64,000 nucleotides of DNA from Thermoplasmatota archaeon (GTDB taxonomy: Archaea; Thermoplasmatota; JAKEGO01): the NCBI GenBank assembly GCA_028279595.1, contig JANQNK010000004.1, forward strand, positions 32,001 to 96,000. Reading direction: 5' to 3'. A model generated the notes under the pieces. The model had not been told where the DNA came from and did no database searches. It saw only the letters and a list, made by a program, of their open reading frames with translations. The translations under genes and the position numbers were made by a program. This document shows positions 19,907 to 29,258 of the stretch, piece after piece (position 1 is the stretch's first letter; each line of letters starts with the position of its first letter).

Positions 19907-21214
19907 ATGGCAAAACTGGCGGTCCTGGGAACAAGCTACGTCGGCCTGATAACGGGCGTTGCGTTCGCCGAGTGGGGACACGACGTGACCTGTGTGGACA
20001 TAATCGAGTCCAAGGTAAGTGTCCTGAACGAGGGGAAGGCCCCCATCCACGAGGAGGGCCTGGACGAGCTGCTGAGGAAGCATGTCCCGGGCAGTCTGCG
20101 TGGCACCACTGACCTCGCTGAGGCGATGGAGGGTGCCGAATTCATTTTCATAGCTGTCCAGACACCAGAGGGGGAGGACGGCGCGATCGACCTGTCCTTC
20201 GTCAGGAAGGCGTCCGAGGACATAGCCGGTCATCTGAAATCTGGCCAGACCGTCGTCGTGAAGAGCACGGTCGTCCCGGGAACGACGAGCGATGTCGTCA
20301 TTCCCGCACTCGAAGGCTCGGGACTCGGGAAGGAAGAATACAACGTCGCCGTCAATCCGGAGTTCCTGCGTGAGGGGATAGCGGTCCACGACGCTCTGGA
20401 GCCGAGCCGGATCGTCATAGGAGCGACGGACGGGGAAACGGCCCGGGCGGTCGCCGACCTGTACGATGTCGAGTCGAAGTTCATGTTCACCGATCCTACC
20501 ACGGCCGAGGCCGTGAAATACGCCTCGAACGCCATACTGGCGGTCAAGATCTCGTTCGCGAACGAGGTGGCCACACTCTGCGAGGACCTGGGGATCGACG
20601 TCTACGACGTCATGGATGGGGTCGGCCTGGACCCCAGGATCTCCAGGAAGTTCCTGAACGCCGGCATGGGCTTCGGCGGTTCGTGCCTCCCGAAGGACAC
20701 CAAGGCGTTCGAGCGCCTGTTCGTCGACAGGGGCCTCTATCCAGGGCTCCTCGAGGCTGTCCACGAGGTAAATGACACGATACCGGTCCACGTCGTCAAG
20801 AGATTGAGCTCTATGATAGGGGACCTGAATGGCAAGAGGGTCGCCGTCCTGGGCCTTGCGTTCAAGGAAGGCACGGACGACGTCAGACAGTCACGGGCAC
20901 GTCCGCTCGTGAGGGAACTCCTGGAACGAGGGTGCGTGGTCGTTGCCCACGATCCGATCGCTTCCGGGAACTTCAAGCGTTTCGGGCTCGAGATCGAGTA
21001 TGCCGATAGCATATCCGATGCCCTCGAGGGGGCCGACGCTGCGATAATACAGACTGCCTGGGAAGAATATTCTGGTCTCGATGTCGATGACTTCGTCAGA
21101 ATGGCTGGACGCACGGTAATAGACGGCCGCCGCATTCTGAGCGCTGCGGCGATAGACAGGCTCTCCTCGGAGGGCTTCTCCGTCTACCTGCTGGGACGCG
21201 GGCCTATTCCGTAG
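19907..21214 (+). CDS. UDP-glucose/GDP-mannose dehydrogenase family protein
   Basis: Rossmann-type GTSYVG, KSTVVPGT, NPEFLREG, GFGGSCLPKD, GLAFKEGTDDVR. Confidence 0.95.
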   Translation: MAKLAVLGTSYVGLITGVAFAEWGHDVTCVDIIESKVSVLNEGKAPIHEEGLDELLRKHVPGSLRGTTDLAEAMEGAEFIFIAVQTPEGEDGAIDLSFVRKASEDIAGHLKSGQTVVVKSTVVPGTTSDVVIPALEGSGLGKEEYNVAVNPEFLREGIAVHDALEPSRIVIGATDGETARAVADLYDVESKFMFTDPTTAEAVKYASNAILAVKISFANEVATLCEDLGIDVYDVMDGVGLDPRISRKFLNAGMGFGGSCLPKDTKAFERLFVDRGLYPGLLEAVHEVNDTIPVHVVKRLSSMIGDLNGKRVAVLGLAFKEGTDDVRQSRARPLVRELLERGCVVVAHDPIASGNFKRFGLEIEYADSISDALEGADAAIIQTAWEEYSGLDVDDFVRMAGRTVIDGRRILSAAAIDRLSSEGFSVYLLGRGPIP

Positions 21215-21308
21215 CCCTTCGCTTCCTGTGGTCCAAGTTCACCGACATTCGCATGAGGGCTATCTCCTCGACGACCCTCCTGGAACGGATCTCATCGCTT
21301 TCTTGCAT
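21204..21308 (-). CDS. Putative 34-aa small protein
   Basis: MQESDEIRSRRVVEEIALMRMSVNLDHRKRRATE; AGGTG SD upstream and TATATATA at 21350-21357. Confidence 0.4.
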   Translation of the reverse strand: MQESDEIRSRRVVEEIALMRMSVNLDHRKRRATE

Positions 21309-21441
21309 CTCGACACCTTTCGTCCGTATACCTGATTTCACGTTCAGAGTATATATACCGTCGTTGGTGATTACCAACGATTTTGACGGTGTTATTACCA
21401 AAAAACAACGGTATTTGCCGTATGTTTCGTTCCTACCGACA

Positions 21442-22641
21442 TCAGTAGTCCTGAAGTGATATCGGATCGTCCGGTAGCTCGGCGCTGCCGTACTGGCCTC
21501 CTCCACCGGGGTGCAGTATGACCCTGCCGTCCCTGAAGGCCCGGATCGCGTGGACGACCCTGGGCTCGGCCACACTGGCTATCTCATCCATGGGGCTGTC
21601 GACGAGGACGCTCACCTCGTCGCCGAAGGCCTCGATCAGCGGGGTCCATCGCGACATCGCCTTCTTCGAGGAGGGGGACTTCACCCCAATGGCCATCGCG
21701 ATTATCTGGGCCAGTGGGATTATCGACACATATTCCGGTCGATGCCCGGGATGCCTGGGCTCAGGCCAGGAGGCCAGCTCGTTCACCCTGTCAACGACCC
21801 CCTTCTTGATCCGGCCGCCGCATGGGCATCGCCAGGACAGCTCTATTGCCTGCTCGAGGCCGTAGTGCACGAAGCATCTGCTGCAGCCGCTCTCGTTGTA
21901 CTTGCCCTCCTGGGGCGGCATGCCGACGTTGAGCACTGGCTTGCGTCCACCCTCGCGGTGAAGCGCCTTCCTCAGTTCGGGAAAGGTAGGCTCCTCCATT
22001 TCGAACCTGTTGAACTCGCGCGCCAGTCTCAGCGGGACAGGACTGTGTGCATCCGAGTTCGTAAGGAAAGTGACGTCCTGAAGGTGCTGGATCCTGTCAG
22101 CATAGTCCGAATTCGCACTCAGGCCCAACTCGAGGTACGAGACGCGGTCCGATAGGTCTCCATAACAGTCCTCCAGGGAATCGTGGAACCGGTACATGGC
22201 CGTCCACGGCGTGAATGCGTGACAGGGACCGTAGAGGGCGTCCACATCGACCGCCGCCTGGGCGATCTCGACGCCGTCCATCTTGACGTTCGGCCGGCCG
22301 TCCTTCGCGATGTTCGTTGACCGATCTCCGATTATCTCGATGAAGCCCTCGACCGAGGACAATGACGGGAATATCAGAAGATGATGTATCTTGTGCGCCG
22401 CCTCGACCTCGGCGGTCAGGACGACGCTGAGGTCCCCGACCCTGTATGTTCCCTCGTCGACCTCCTCGTGCGAGGCCACCTCCGACCTCCAGACGGGATG
22501 GAGGCAGTCCGAGCACCCTATGAGCTGGATCCCCTTCTGGGACGCTCCGGTGGATAGGTTCTCCATGGTCATGTCCCTGCTCGTGGCGAGGGAGAACCGG
22601 CTGTGGATGTGAAGGTCGGAATTGATCAGCAGGGAGGACAC
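21442..22641 (-). CDS. Endonuclease Q family PHP/zinc-ribbon protein (TIGR00375-like)
   Basis: DLHIHSRFS, HAFTPW, ELGLSA, NSDAHS, LAREFN, CSRC..CPCGG.IKKGV, GGGGQYG. True start may be CTG 22632. Confidence 0.9.
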   Translation of the reverse strand: MSSLLINSDLHIHSRFSLATSRDMTMENLSTGASQKGIQLIGCSDCLHPVWRSEVASHEEVDEGTYRVGDLSVVLTAEVEAAHKIHHLLIFPSLSSVEGFIEIIGDRSTNIAKDGRPNVKMDGVEIAQAAVDVDALYGPCHAFTPWTAMYRFHDSLEDCYGDLSDRVSYLELGLSANSDYADRIQHLQDVTFLTNSDAHSPVPLRLAREFNRFEMEEPTFPELRKALHREGGRKPVLNVGMPPQEGKYNESGCSRCFVHYGLEQAIELSWRCPCGGRIKKGVVDRVNELASWPEPRHPGHRPEYVSIIPLAQIIAMAIGVKSPSSKKAMSRWTPLIEAFGDEVSVLVDSPMDEIASVAEPRVVHAIRAFRDGRVILHPGGGGQYGSAELPDDPISLQDY

Positions 22642-22665
22642 CTCCTACCGGTCAGGACCGTGGGA

Positions 22666-23472
22666 TCACCTCGCGGCGGTCGCCACGACCGACCTGAAAA
22701 GACGGAAGCCGTCGCCCCACTCGTCGTCCCTGGCGCCCTTCCATCCCTCCGGGTGGAGGTGCCTGTAGAGCGACCTCTCGGGATGCGGCATCATTCCGAG
22801 CACGTTGCCGGCGGGATTGCATATCCCGGCGACGTCCCGCTGGGAGCCGTTGGGGTTCCACGGGAAGGCATCGGCCTCCCCGTCCGTGTTGACGTAGGTG
22901 AAGATCGCCTGGCCCTCCTCGAAGAGACGGCCGTACTCATCGTTCTCGATTATCAGCTTGCCCTCGGCGTGCGCGGAGGGCGCGAATATCACCGAGCCCG
23001 CGTCCAGTTCCCTCGTGAAGGGGGTCTGTATCCCTCCGACCTTCAGGAACGTCGGACGGCATTCGAAGTGACCGGAATCGTTCTGTGCAAGGATGGCCGT
23101 CGGCTTCTCGGTCATGGGGTCGTCGAAGGCGGGAAGCAGCCCGAGCTCGACGAGGACCTGGAATCCGTTGCAGACCCCGAGGACCGGGCGCTCGTCCTCG
23201 ACGAAGGACCGGATGTCCCGTCCGAGGGACGCCTTCAGGCGTGCGCCGAAAAGAGCGCCGGCCCTGACGTAGTCGCCGGCCGAGAATCCGCCGGGGAACA
23301 TCAGGATATCGTAATCCTCCAGGGATCGCCTCATGTCGAGGGGTGCATGGCCGGTCAACTGGTTGAGGTGGACCTTCTCCGGCTCGGCCCCTGCCTCCCG
23401 GAACGCCCTCTCGGTCTCGTCCTCGCAGTTGGTTCCCTCGATCCGCAGTATCGCGACGCGCACGTCACCCAT
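22666..23472 (-). CDS. purQ: Phosphoribosylformylglycinamidine synthase subunit PurQ
   Basis: EGTNCE, PGGFSAGD, GVCNGFQ, HAEG, NPNGS, MMPHPER. Confidence 0.96.
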   Translation of the reverse strand: MGDVRVAILRIEGTNCEDETERAFREAGAEPEKVHLNQLTGHAPLDMRRSLEDYDILMFPGGFSAGDYVRAGALFGARLKASLGRDIRSFVEDERPVLGVCNGFQVLVELGLLPAFDDPMTEKPTAILAQNDSGHFECRPTFLKVGGIQTPFTRELDAGSVIFAPSAHAEGKLIIENDEYGRLFEEGQAIFTYVNTDGEADAFPWNPNGSQRDVAGICNPAGNVLGMMPHPERSLYRHLHPEGWKGARDDEWGDGFRLFRSVVATAAR

Positions 23473-24553
23473 TCGCCCATCCTCCAGACAGTTCCCGGAA
23501 GGCTTCCCACAGTTTATCAACGTTTCCCGGCCCAAGCGACCTCCCTGCCACCGCTAGGTTCCTCTCCGACTCCCGCGCGGTCACGGCGGCATCGGCCGAG
23601 TACCTTGAGATGGCGTCGGCGATGGCCTTTCCTTCGGCTGCCTCGTCGATCGAGCCCTTGACGAGCTCCGGTACACCGCGGACGCCGGGGACGACCACGG
23701 GTTTGCCGGCCGCCACTGCCATCACGACGTCGTACGGCAGGTCCTGGTCGTGGGGGAGTTCGGGGATGCACACCATGTCGCACGATCTGAACACCAGCGG
23801 ACGCTCCACGGGAAGGAGCTCGTCGAAGTAGGTGACCCTTCTGGAGAGATGGGTCCGCTTGATGATCGCCTTGAAGGATTTCGGTATAGCCCCCGCGATC
23901 CACAGGACAACGGCCGGGTCGAGACGGTGCAGTGCGTCGATGACGGCCCTGCTCTCCGAGGGAAGCTGCGGGATGAGGACCGCGAACGACGTGCCGGTCC
24001 TTTCAAGGACTGCGCCTGTCGAGGCGGGATCGTAGGCAGAGGGATGGTTGACACCTGCTGTGATCCCCCTCTCCTTCAACCAGGATGCCGTGTACCTGCT
24101 CGATGCGAAGACGCGGTCGGCGTTCGATATCGCATCGACCATGGCCGGGGTCAGTGAATCGACCGAGTGGACCGTGATCGCGAGGGGGATCCCGGCCAGG
24201 TGCTTGGCGAAGACCGAGGACATAGCGGGGTTCCACCCTGTGTGGGTATGTATGATGGACGCATGGTCGCTCAGCACCCATTCCGCGAGGTTCGTGCCGA
24301 CCCTGAGGTCCTTGAACGCCTTCCACTTCATGGCCCTGGGATACAGGGATGCCTTCTCGAAGAAACCGGGCCTGGTCCCCTCGGCGAGAACGTCGCGGGA
24401 GTCGGAGGGAATGTTGGGCTCGGTGCGCCCGTCGGAGCTGTAGACGAATGCCTCGCATGGCCCCAGCTGCTTCAATCCTGAGATCTCGTCCCGGATCAGG
24501 GGCCCGAGGGTCCCCCCCGGGGGAACGATGTACGCGACCCTCGTTGGGTGCAT
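23465..24553 (-). CDS. Glycosyltransferase, GT-B fold (family 4-like), divergent
   Basis: IIHTH, GIPLAITVHS, ADRVFASSRYTA, AAGKPVV...GVPELV. Confidence 0.7.
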   Translation of the reverse strand: MHPTRVAYIVPPGGTLGPLIRDEISGLKQLGPCEAFVYSSDGRTEPNIPSDSRDVLAEGTRPGFFEKASLYPRAMKWKAFKDLRVGTNLAEWVLSDHASIIHTHTGWNPAMSSVFAKHLAGIPLAITVHSVDSLTPAMVDAISNADRVFASSRYTASWLKERGITAGVNHPSAYDPASTGAVLERTGTSFAVLIPQLPSESRAVIDALHRLDPAVVLWIAGAIPKSFKAIIKRTHLSRRVTYFDELLPVERPLVFRSCDMVCIPELPHDQDLPYDVVMAVAAGKPVVVPGVRGVPELVKGSIDEAAEGKAIADAISRYSADAAVTARESERNLAVAGRSLGPGNVDKLWEAFRELSGGWANG

Positions 24554-24560
24554 GGCCGCC

Positions 24561-25850
24561 TCAGAAGCCCAGCACTTCCTGGTAACCGTTCATGTCCATG
24601 AAGCCGTGCCCGCTGATGTTGAAGACGATGGTCTTCTCCTCGCCCGTCTTCTTGCACTTCAGCGCCTCGTCGATCGCGCATGCAGCGGAATATGCGGACT
24701 CCGGAGCGGGCAGGAATCCCTCGTTCTGGACGAAGATCTTCGCCCTCTCGAAGACGTGCCTCTCGTCTTTCGGATACGCGACCGTGTCGATGAGCCCAGC
24801 GTGCCTGAGTACGCTCAGGACGGGAGCGCAGCCGTGGTAGCGCAGGCCGTCGCCCTTGATCGGGTCCATGGAGGCGTGATGTCCGAGTGTGTACATCTTG
24901 AGCATCGGGGTTATCTCCGCATGGTCCGCGTGGTCGTACCTGTACTCTCCTTGAAGGTTGGGTGCGACCTCCGACTGGGCGGCGATGAACTTGATGTCTG
25001 CCTCGCCCCGGCAGACCTTGCCCAGGAACGGTATCGCGAACCCGCCGAAGTTGCTGCCTCCCCCGAGGCATGACACCATGATGTCGGGCTCGGCCTCGGC
25101 AGCGGCGAGCTGCTCCATGGTCTCGAGACCAATGACGGTCTGGTGGAGCAGGACGTGGTTGAGCACTGACCCGAGGGAATAGATGACGTTCGGGTCCTTG
25201 TCGGCGACCTCGAGGCCCTCGGACACCGCGATCCCCAGTGAACCGGGGTGGTTCGGGTCCTCGGCGAGGAGCTTCCTTCCGCACTCGGTCTGGTCGGACG
25301 GTGACGCATAGACCTCCGAGCCGAGCATCCTCATGAACGCGAGCCTGTCCGCCTTCCACGAATGGACTGCGCGGACCCAGAAGACCTTGGCCTTCAGTCC
25401 TGCGATGGAACACGCATACGAGAGGGCGGTTCCCCACTGGCCGGCGCCGGTCTCGGTGCTGAGGTGTTCGTATCCCTCCTTCACCGCGTAGTAGGCCTGA
25501 GCAAGGGCGGTGTTCACCTTGTGGCTGCCGGTCGGGCTGTAGAACTCGGATTTGTAGTATATCTTGGCCGGAGTGCCGAGATATTCCTCAAGACGGGTCG
25601 CCCTGAATAGGGGGCGGGGCCTGCCGGCCTTCGCGAAGAGCTCCCTTACGCCCTCGGGAATGTCGATCCAGGTATCCTCCGAGAACTCCTGCTTCAGGCA
25701 CTCGCCCAGAAGGAGGTTCGGGAGGTTCTGCACGCGGGAAGGGCCCTCCTCGGGGTCCATGGGCTTCGGCATGGGCTCCGGAAGGTCTGGAAGTATGTTG
25801 TACCACTTCTTCGGGATGTCGTCAACTGAGATGTTGAACTGGTTCTCCAT
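24561..25850 (-). CDS. trpB2: TrpB-like PLP enzyme (TrpB2)
   Basis: IPKKWYNI, SPTGSHK, TETGAGQWG, PGSLGIAVSE, LGSVLNHV, GGGSNFGG, PAPES, SGHG. Confidence 0.95.
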   Translation of the reverse strand: MENQFNISVDDIPKKWYNILPDLPEPMPKPMDPEEGPSRVQNLPNLLLGECLKQEFSEDTWIDIPEGVRELFAKAGRPRPLFRATRLEEYLGTPAKIYYKSEFYSPTGSHKVNTALAQAYYAVKEGYEHLSTETGAGQWGTALSYACSIAGLKAKVFWVRAVHSWKADRLAFMRMLGSEVYASPSDQTECGRKLLAEDPNHPGSLGIAVSEGLEVADKDPNVIYSLGSVLNHVLLHQTVIGLETMEQLAAAEAEPDIMVSCLGGGSNFGGFAIPFLGKVCRGEADIKFIAAQSEVAPNLQGEYRYDHADHAEITPMLKMYTLGHHASMDPIKGDGLRYHGCAPVLSVLRHAGLIDTVAYPKDERHVFERAKIFVQNEGFLPAPESAYSAACAIDEALKCKKTGEEKTIVFNISGHGFMDMNGYQEVLGF

Positions 25851-25938
25851 TGTGTCACCGACCCAACATATCAGTGCGAGTTATAAAACTGTTGGTCGGC
25901 GGCGGAACCTAGATAACCTGGACGGCCGATTCGGACCC

Positions 25939-26397
25939 ATGTCCGGGGAGATCGGGAAGGTGTACTTCGAGCCCATCGGGGTGATCCGGACCCCGTTCCG
26001 GACGAGGAACGATGCTCCCTTCCGACCGGGGGATGCCCGGGGCGAGGTCATCGTCAGACAGGGGCTGCAGGAAGGTCTGCAGGACCTCGAGGGGTTCTCC
26101 CACGTGGTCCTCGTCTTCCACTTCCACCTCTCGGAGGGTTACACGTTGACTCCGACGCCCCCGAGGGAGACGGAGCCCAAGGGGCTCTTCGCGACGAGGT
26201 CCCCGAACCGGCCGAACGGGATAGGTGTCTCGCCCGTCCGGCTCATTGGCATCGAGGGGATTGTCCTCAAGGTCGAGGGGGTCGACATGATCGACGGGAC
26301 TCCTCTACTCGACATCAAACCCTACATCCCGTACGTCGACAGCGACGAGATCGCGCTCGGGTGGCTTGCGGGATCGAGACATGAGGAAGGTGCTTGA
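25939..26397 (+). CDS. tsaA: tRNA (N6-threonylcarbamoyladenosine(37)-N6)-methyltransferase TsaA/TrmO
   Basis: PIGVIRTP, GLFATRSPNRPNGIG, DMIDGTPLLDIKPY; start at ATG 25939. Confidence 0.92.
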   Translation: MSGEIGKVYFEPIGVIRTPFRTRNDAPFRPGDARGEVIVRQGLQEGLQDLEGFSHVVLVFHFHLSEGYTLTPTPPRETEPKGLFATRSPNRPNGIGVSPVRLIGIEGIVLKVEGVDMIDGTPLLDIKPYIPYVDSDEIALGWLAGSRHEEGA

Positions 26398-26841
26398 ATG
26401 GAAGTGGACGATATTACGATCAGGGATTTCACGATGGACGATTTCGATGCTGTCATCGCGTTCTGGACGGAGGAGGATTCTGAGCACAAGCCCCTTGGGC
26501 GGGACCGAAGGGAATGCATCGAGAAGGAGCTCTCCCTTCCGACCTCTGCGTTCCTCGTCGCCGAGCTCGACGGACGTATCGTCGGCACAGTCTTCGGCAC
26601 CCATGATGGGCGGAAGGGCTGGATCAACAGGCTTGCGGTCGCCTCCGACCTCAGGAGGCAGGGGTTGGCCGGAAGGCTCGTCGCGGCGGCGGAGGAGAGC
26701 CTTCACGAAATGGGCATCGAGATCATCGGAGCCCTCATATGGGACACGAACGCCCCGTCGATCGCCTTCGCGGAGGGCATTGGGTACGAGAGGCACGACG
26801 ACTGCCTCTACTTCTCAAAGCGGAAGGGACCCGAGGTCTGA
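26398..26841 (+). CDS. GNAT family N-acetyltransferase
   Basis: DGRKGWINRLAVASDLRRQGLA acetyl-CoA binding motif. Confidence 0.92.
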   Translation: MEVDDITIRDFTMDDFDAVIAFWTEEDSEHKPLGRDRRECIEKELSLPTSAFLVAELDGRIVGTVFGTHDGRKGWINRLAVASDLRRQGLAGRLVAAAEESLHEMGIEIIGALIWDTNAPSIAFAEGIGYERHDDCLYFSKRKGPEV

Positions 26842-26963
26842 TCCTGATCGGTCGTCTAGCCCCGAGATCCAAGGCATAGCCAGACGGTCTGAACGAACGC
26901 ATTCCATCTGTGTCAAATCATGATGGGAAAGGATTTATAAGCATTCGGGTTCTGGACGGGGTA

Positions 26964-27770
26964 ATGGTCGACCAGGTGACCGCCGTCGTGATGGCGTCGA
27001 GCCTCGCACTCCTGGCAGTGGGCTATATCCTCAGGGACAGGAGGGCGTACGTATTCCAGTCCGTCGGATGGATCGCCATGGCGGGATTCTGGGCCATACA
27101 GACCGTCGTCTACGAGGCGGGCAACATGAGCAACGGCATCTTCACGGCGCTGGGTGCCTCGTTCTCGCTCTACCTCTCGTACTATTCCTTCGAGGCGTTC
27201 TACCGCAGTGTGGAGAGCGAGCCGCTCAGGTTCATCGCGGGGATGTCGGTCATCGCCGGCGGGATATACTACCCCTTCGAGTGGGTACCTGCCCTCGCCG
27301 GAAGATTGATCTACTTCACCGCAGCGCAGACCGCATGGGCGCTAAACCTCATAGGCTACGACGTCTACGCTGGTGAGATAATCACCGTCGGCGGGAACAC
27401 GTACGTCCCGATCGTGGGCACCAACGTCTCGATAATCCTGGCCTGCACTGCCATACAGGCGTTCGCGCTTTTCACAGGCGCCCTCATCGCCGTGAAGGCG
27501 CCATGGCGGACGAAATTGAAGGGGCTGGCCATCTCGCTCCTCGTCATACACGTGCTCAACATCGTCAGGAACGTGAGCATCATCGTACTCGTCAACGACC
27601 ACGGATACGACTTCGACTTCGCGCACAACGGGCTAGGCAAGGGCTTCAGCCTCCTGGTGCTCATCGTGATACTCTACTACCTCTTCGAGATGATCCCGAG
27701 CCTCTACGACAACATCATGGGGCTCTTCTCGCTGGACACGGACCTGCCGAAGGCGAAGAGGAGGTCTTGA
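26964..27770 (+). CDS. artA: Archaeosortase A
   Basis: Multi-TM protein with IILACTAIQ (catalytic Cys), LNIVRN (Arg) and AHN..GK; TTTATAA box at 26934-26940. Confidence 0.9.
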   Translation: MVDQVTAVVMASSLALLAVGYILRDRRAYVFQSVGWIAMAGFWAIQTVVYEAGNMSNGIFTALGASFSLYLSYYSFEAFYRSVESEPLRFIAGMSVIAGGIYYPFEWVPALAGRLIYFTAAQTAWALNLIGYDVYAGEIITVGGNTYVPIVGTNVSIILACTAIQAFALFTGALIAVKAPWRTKLKGLAISLLVIHVLNIVRNVSIIVLVNDHGYDFDFAHNGLGKGFSLLVLIVILYYLFEMIPSLYDNIMGLFSLDTDLPKAKRRS

Positions 27771-28253
27771 ATGCTCGATCTCGGGTTCCTGCCGCCTCCG
27801 GTGGCGGTCTTCCTCATGGCCATGCTGCCATTCGGCGAGCTCAGGCTCTCGATACCGGTGGGCATCTTGCATTACAACATGGACCCTACCGCGACCTTCA
27901 TCGTGTCGGTCCTCGGAAACCTGCTCCCGATACCTTTCATCCTGGTCCTCTTCCACAGGGTGGAGAGCTACCTGCGGAAGTATGACAGGTTCAACAGGCT
28001 GTTCGACCGCCTCTTCGACAGGACCATCAGGCGGGCGAAGGCGAAGATCCACACCTACGAGGAGATAGCACTCATCCTCTTCGTTGCCATCCCTGCACCG
28101 TTCACCGGTGCATGGACCGGTGCGCTCATCGCATACCTGTTCGACCTCGAGAACAAGAAATCGTTCCTGATAATCGCCCTGGGCGTGATAATCGCGGGAC
28201 TGGTCGTCACGGCGGTCGTGGTATGGGGCGGCGGTTTTCTGGGGATCCGATGA
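27771..28253 (+). CDS. Small multidrug export family membrane protein (COG2426-like)
   Basis: AMLPFGELRLSIP, LFVAIPAPFTGAWTG. Confidence 0.88.
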   Translation: MLDLGFLPPPVAVFLMAMLPFGELRLSIPVGILHYNMDPTATFIVSVLGNLLPIPFILVLFHRVESYLRKYDRFNRLFDRLFDRTIRRAKAKIHTYEEIALILFVAIPAPFTGAWTGALIAYLFDLENKKSFLIIALGVIIAGLVVTAVVVWGGGFLGIR

Positions 28254-28304
28254 ACGGACCCGTGGATATCATGATCTACCAGGTCTACAGACCCCTCAGC
28301 GGAT

Positions 28305-29249
28305 TCATTCCCACTCGATCGTGCTGGGCGGCTTGTTGGTGATGTCGTAGACTATCCTGGTGACCTCTTCGCCCATCTCGTTCGATATCCTTCTCGATAT
28401 CCGGTCCAGGACCTTGTGGTCTATTGGGCAGTAGGCGGCGGTCATCCCGTCCAGCGAGTAGACCGCGCGAACGACGATCGTGTAGCCATAGGCACGGAGG
28501 TCCCCGTGGACCCCGACGGAGCGTACCGGAAGGAGAACGGCGAAGTACTGCCACGGCTCCTCGTAATATCCCTCCTGGGCACCCTTGAGTATCTCCTCCT
28601 CGGCGATGTGGCACGCCTCCCTGACGATCCTGGTCCTGTCCGGCGTCGCCTCGCCGAGGATCCTTATGGCGAGTCCGGGCCCTGGGAAGGGCTGCCTGTC
28701 GTGGACCGGTATCTCGAGGAACTTGGCCACCTCGCGGACCTCGTCCTTGTAGAGGTCACGGATCGGTTCGATGAGGTCGAGACCGAGCTCATCGGGGAGC
28801 CCGCCGACGTTGTGATGGGACTTGATCGTGTCGCGGATGCCGCCCCCGGACTCTATCCAGTCGGGAGCGATCGTGCCCTGGATGAGGTGCTCGGCGTCAG
28901 TCTCGCCCGCTGCGTCCGTGAACACGTCGATGAACGTCCCGCCGATGACCTTCCTCTTCTCCTCCGGCTCGATCACGCCCTCGAGGGCCTTGTAGAACCG
29001 CTCCGACGCCTCGACGTAGTTGAGGTCGATGCCGAGGTCCTTGAAAATGCCCTTGACGTTCTCCCCCTCGCCCTTCCGCATGTAGCCCGTGTCGACGTAG
29101 ATCGGTATCAACCGGTCGCCTATGGCCCTGTGCGCCAGACAGGCGACGACCGTGCTGTCAACGCCTCCGGACGCCGCAACGATCGCCTTGCCCTCTATGC
29201 GGGACCTCAGGTCCGCTACCGCCTCCTCGATGAATGCCTCTATGTCCAT
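28305..29249 (-). CDS. guaAB: GMP synthase subunit B (ATP pyrophosphatase)
   Basis: SGGVDS, QGTIAPDWIES, IKSHHNVGGLP, PFPGPGLA, DITNKPPSTIEWE. Confidence 0.96.
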   Translation of the reverse strand: MDIEAFIEEAVADLRSRIEGKAIVAASGGVDSTVVACLAHRAIGDRLIPIYVDTGYMRKGEGENVKGIFKDLGIDLNYVEASERFYKALEGVIEPEEKRKVIGGTFIDVFTDAAGETDAEHLIQGTIAPDWIESGGGIRDTIKSHHNVGGLPDELGLDLIEPIRDLYKDEVREVAKFLEIPVHDRQPFPGPGLAIRILGEATPDRTRIVREACHIAEEEILKGAQEGYYEEPWQYFAVLLPVRSVGVHGDLRAYGYTIVVRAVYSLDGMTAAYCPIDHKVLDRISRRISNEMGEEVTRIVYDITNKPPSTIEWE

Positions 29250-29258
29250 ATGGTCACC

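Noticed and set aside
12445-21214. Inteins in LeuRS, CDC48 or the nucleotide-sugar dehydrogenase
   Set aside because: Lengths are normal and no intein splice-junction motifs were seen
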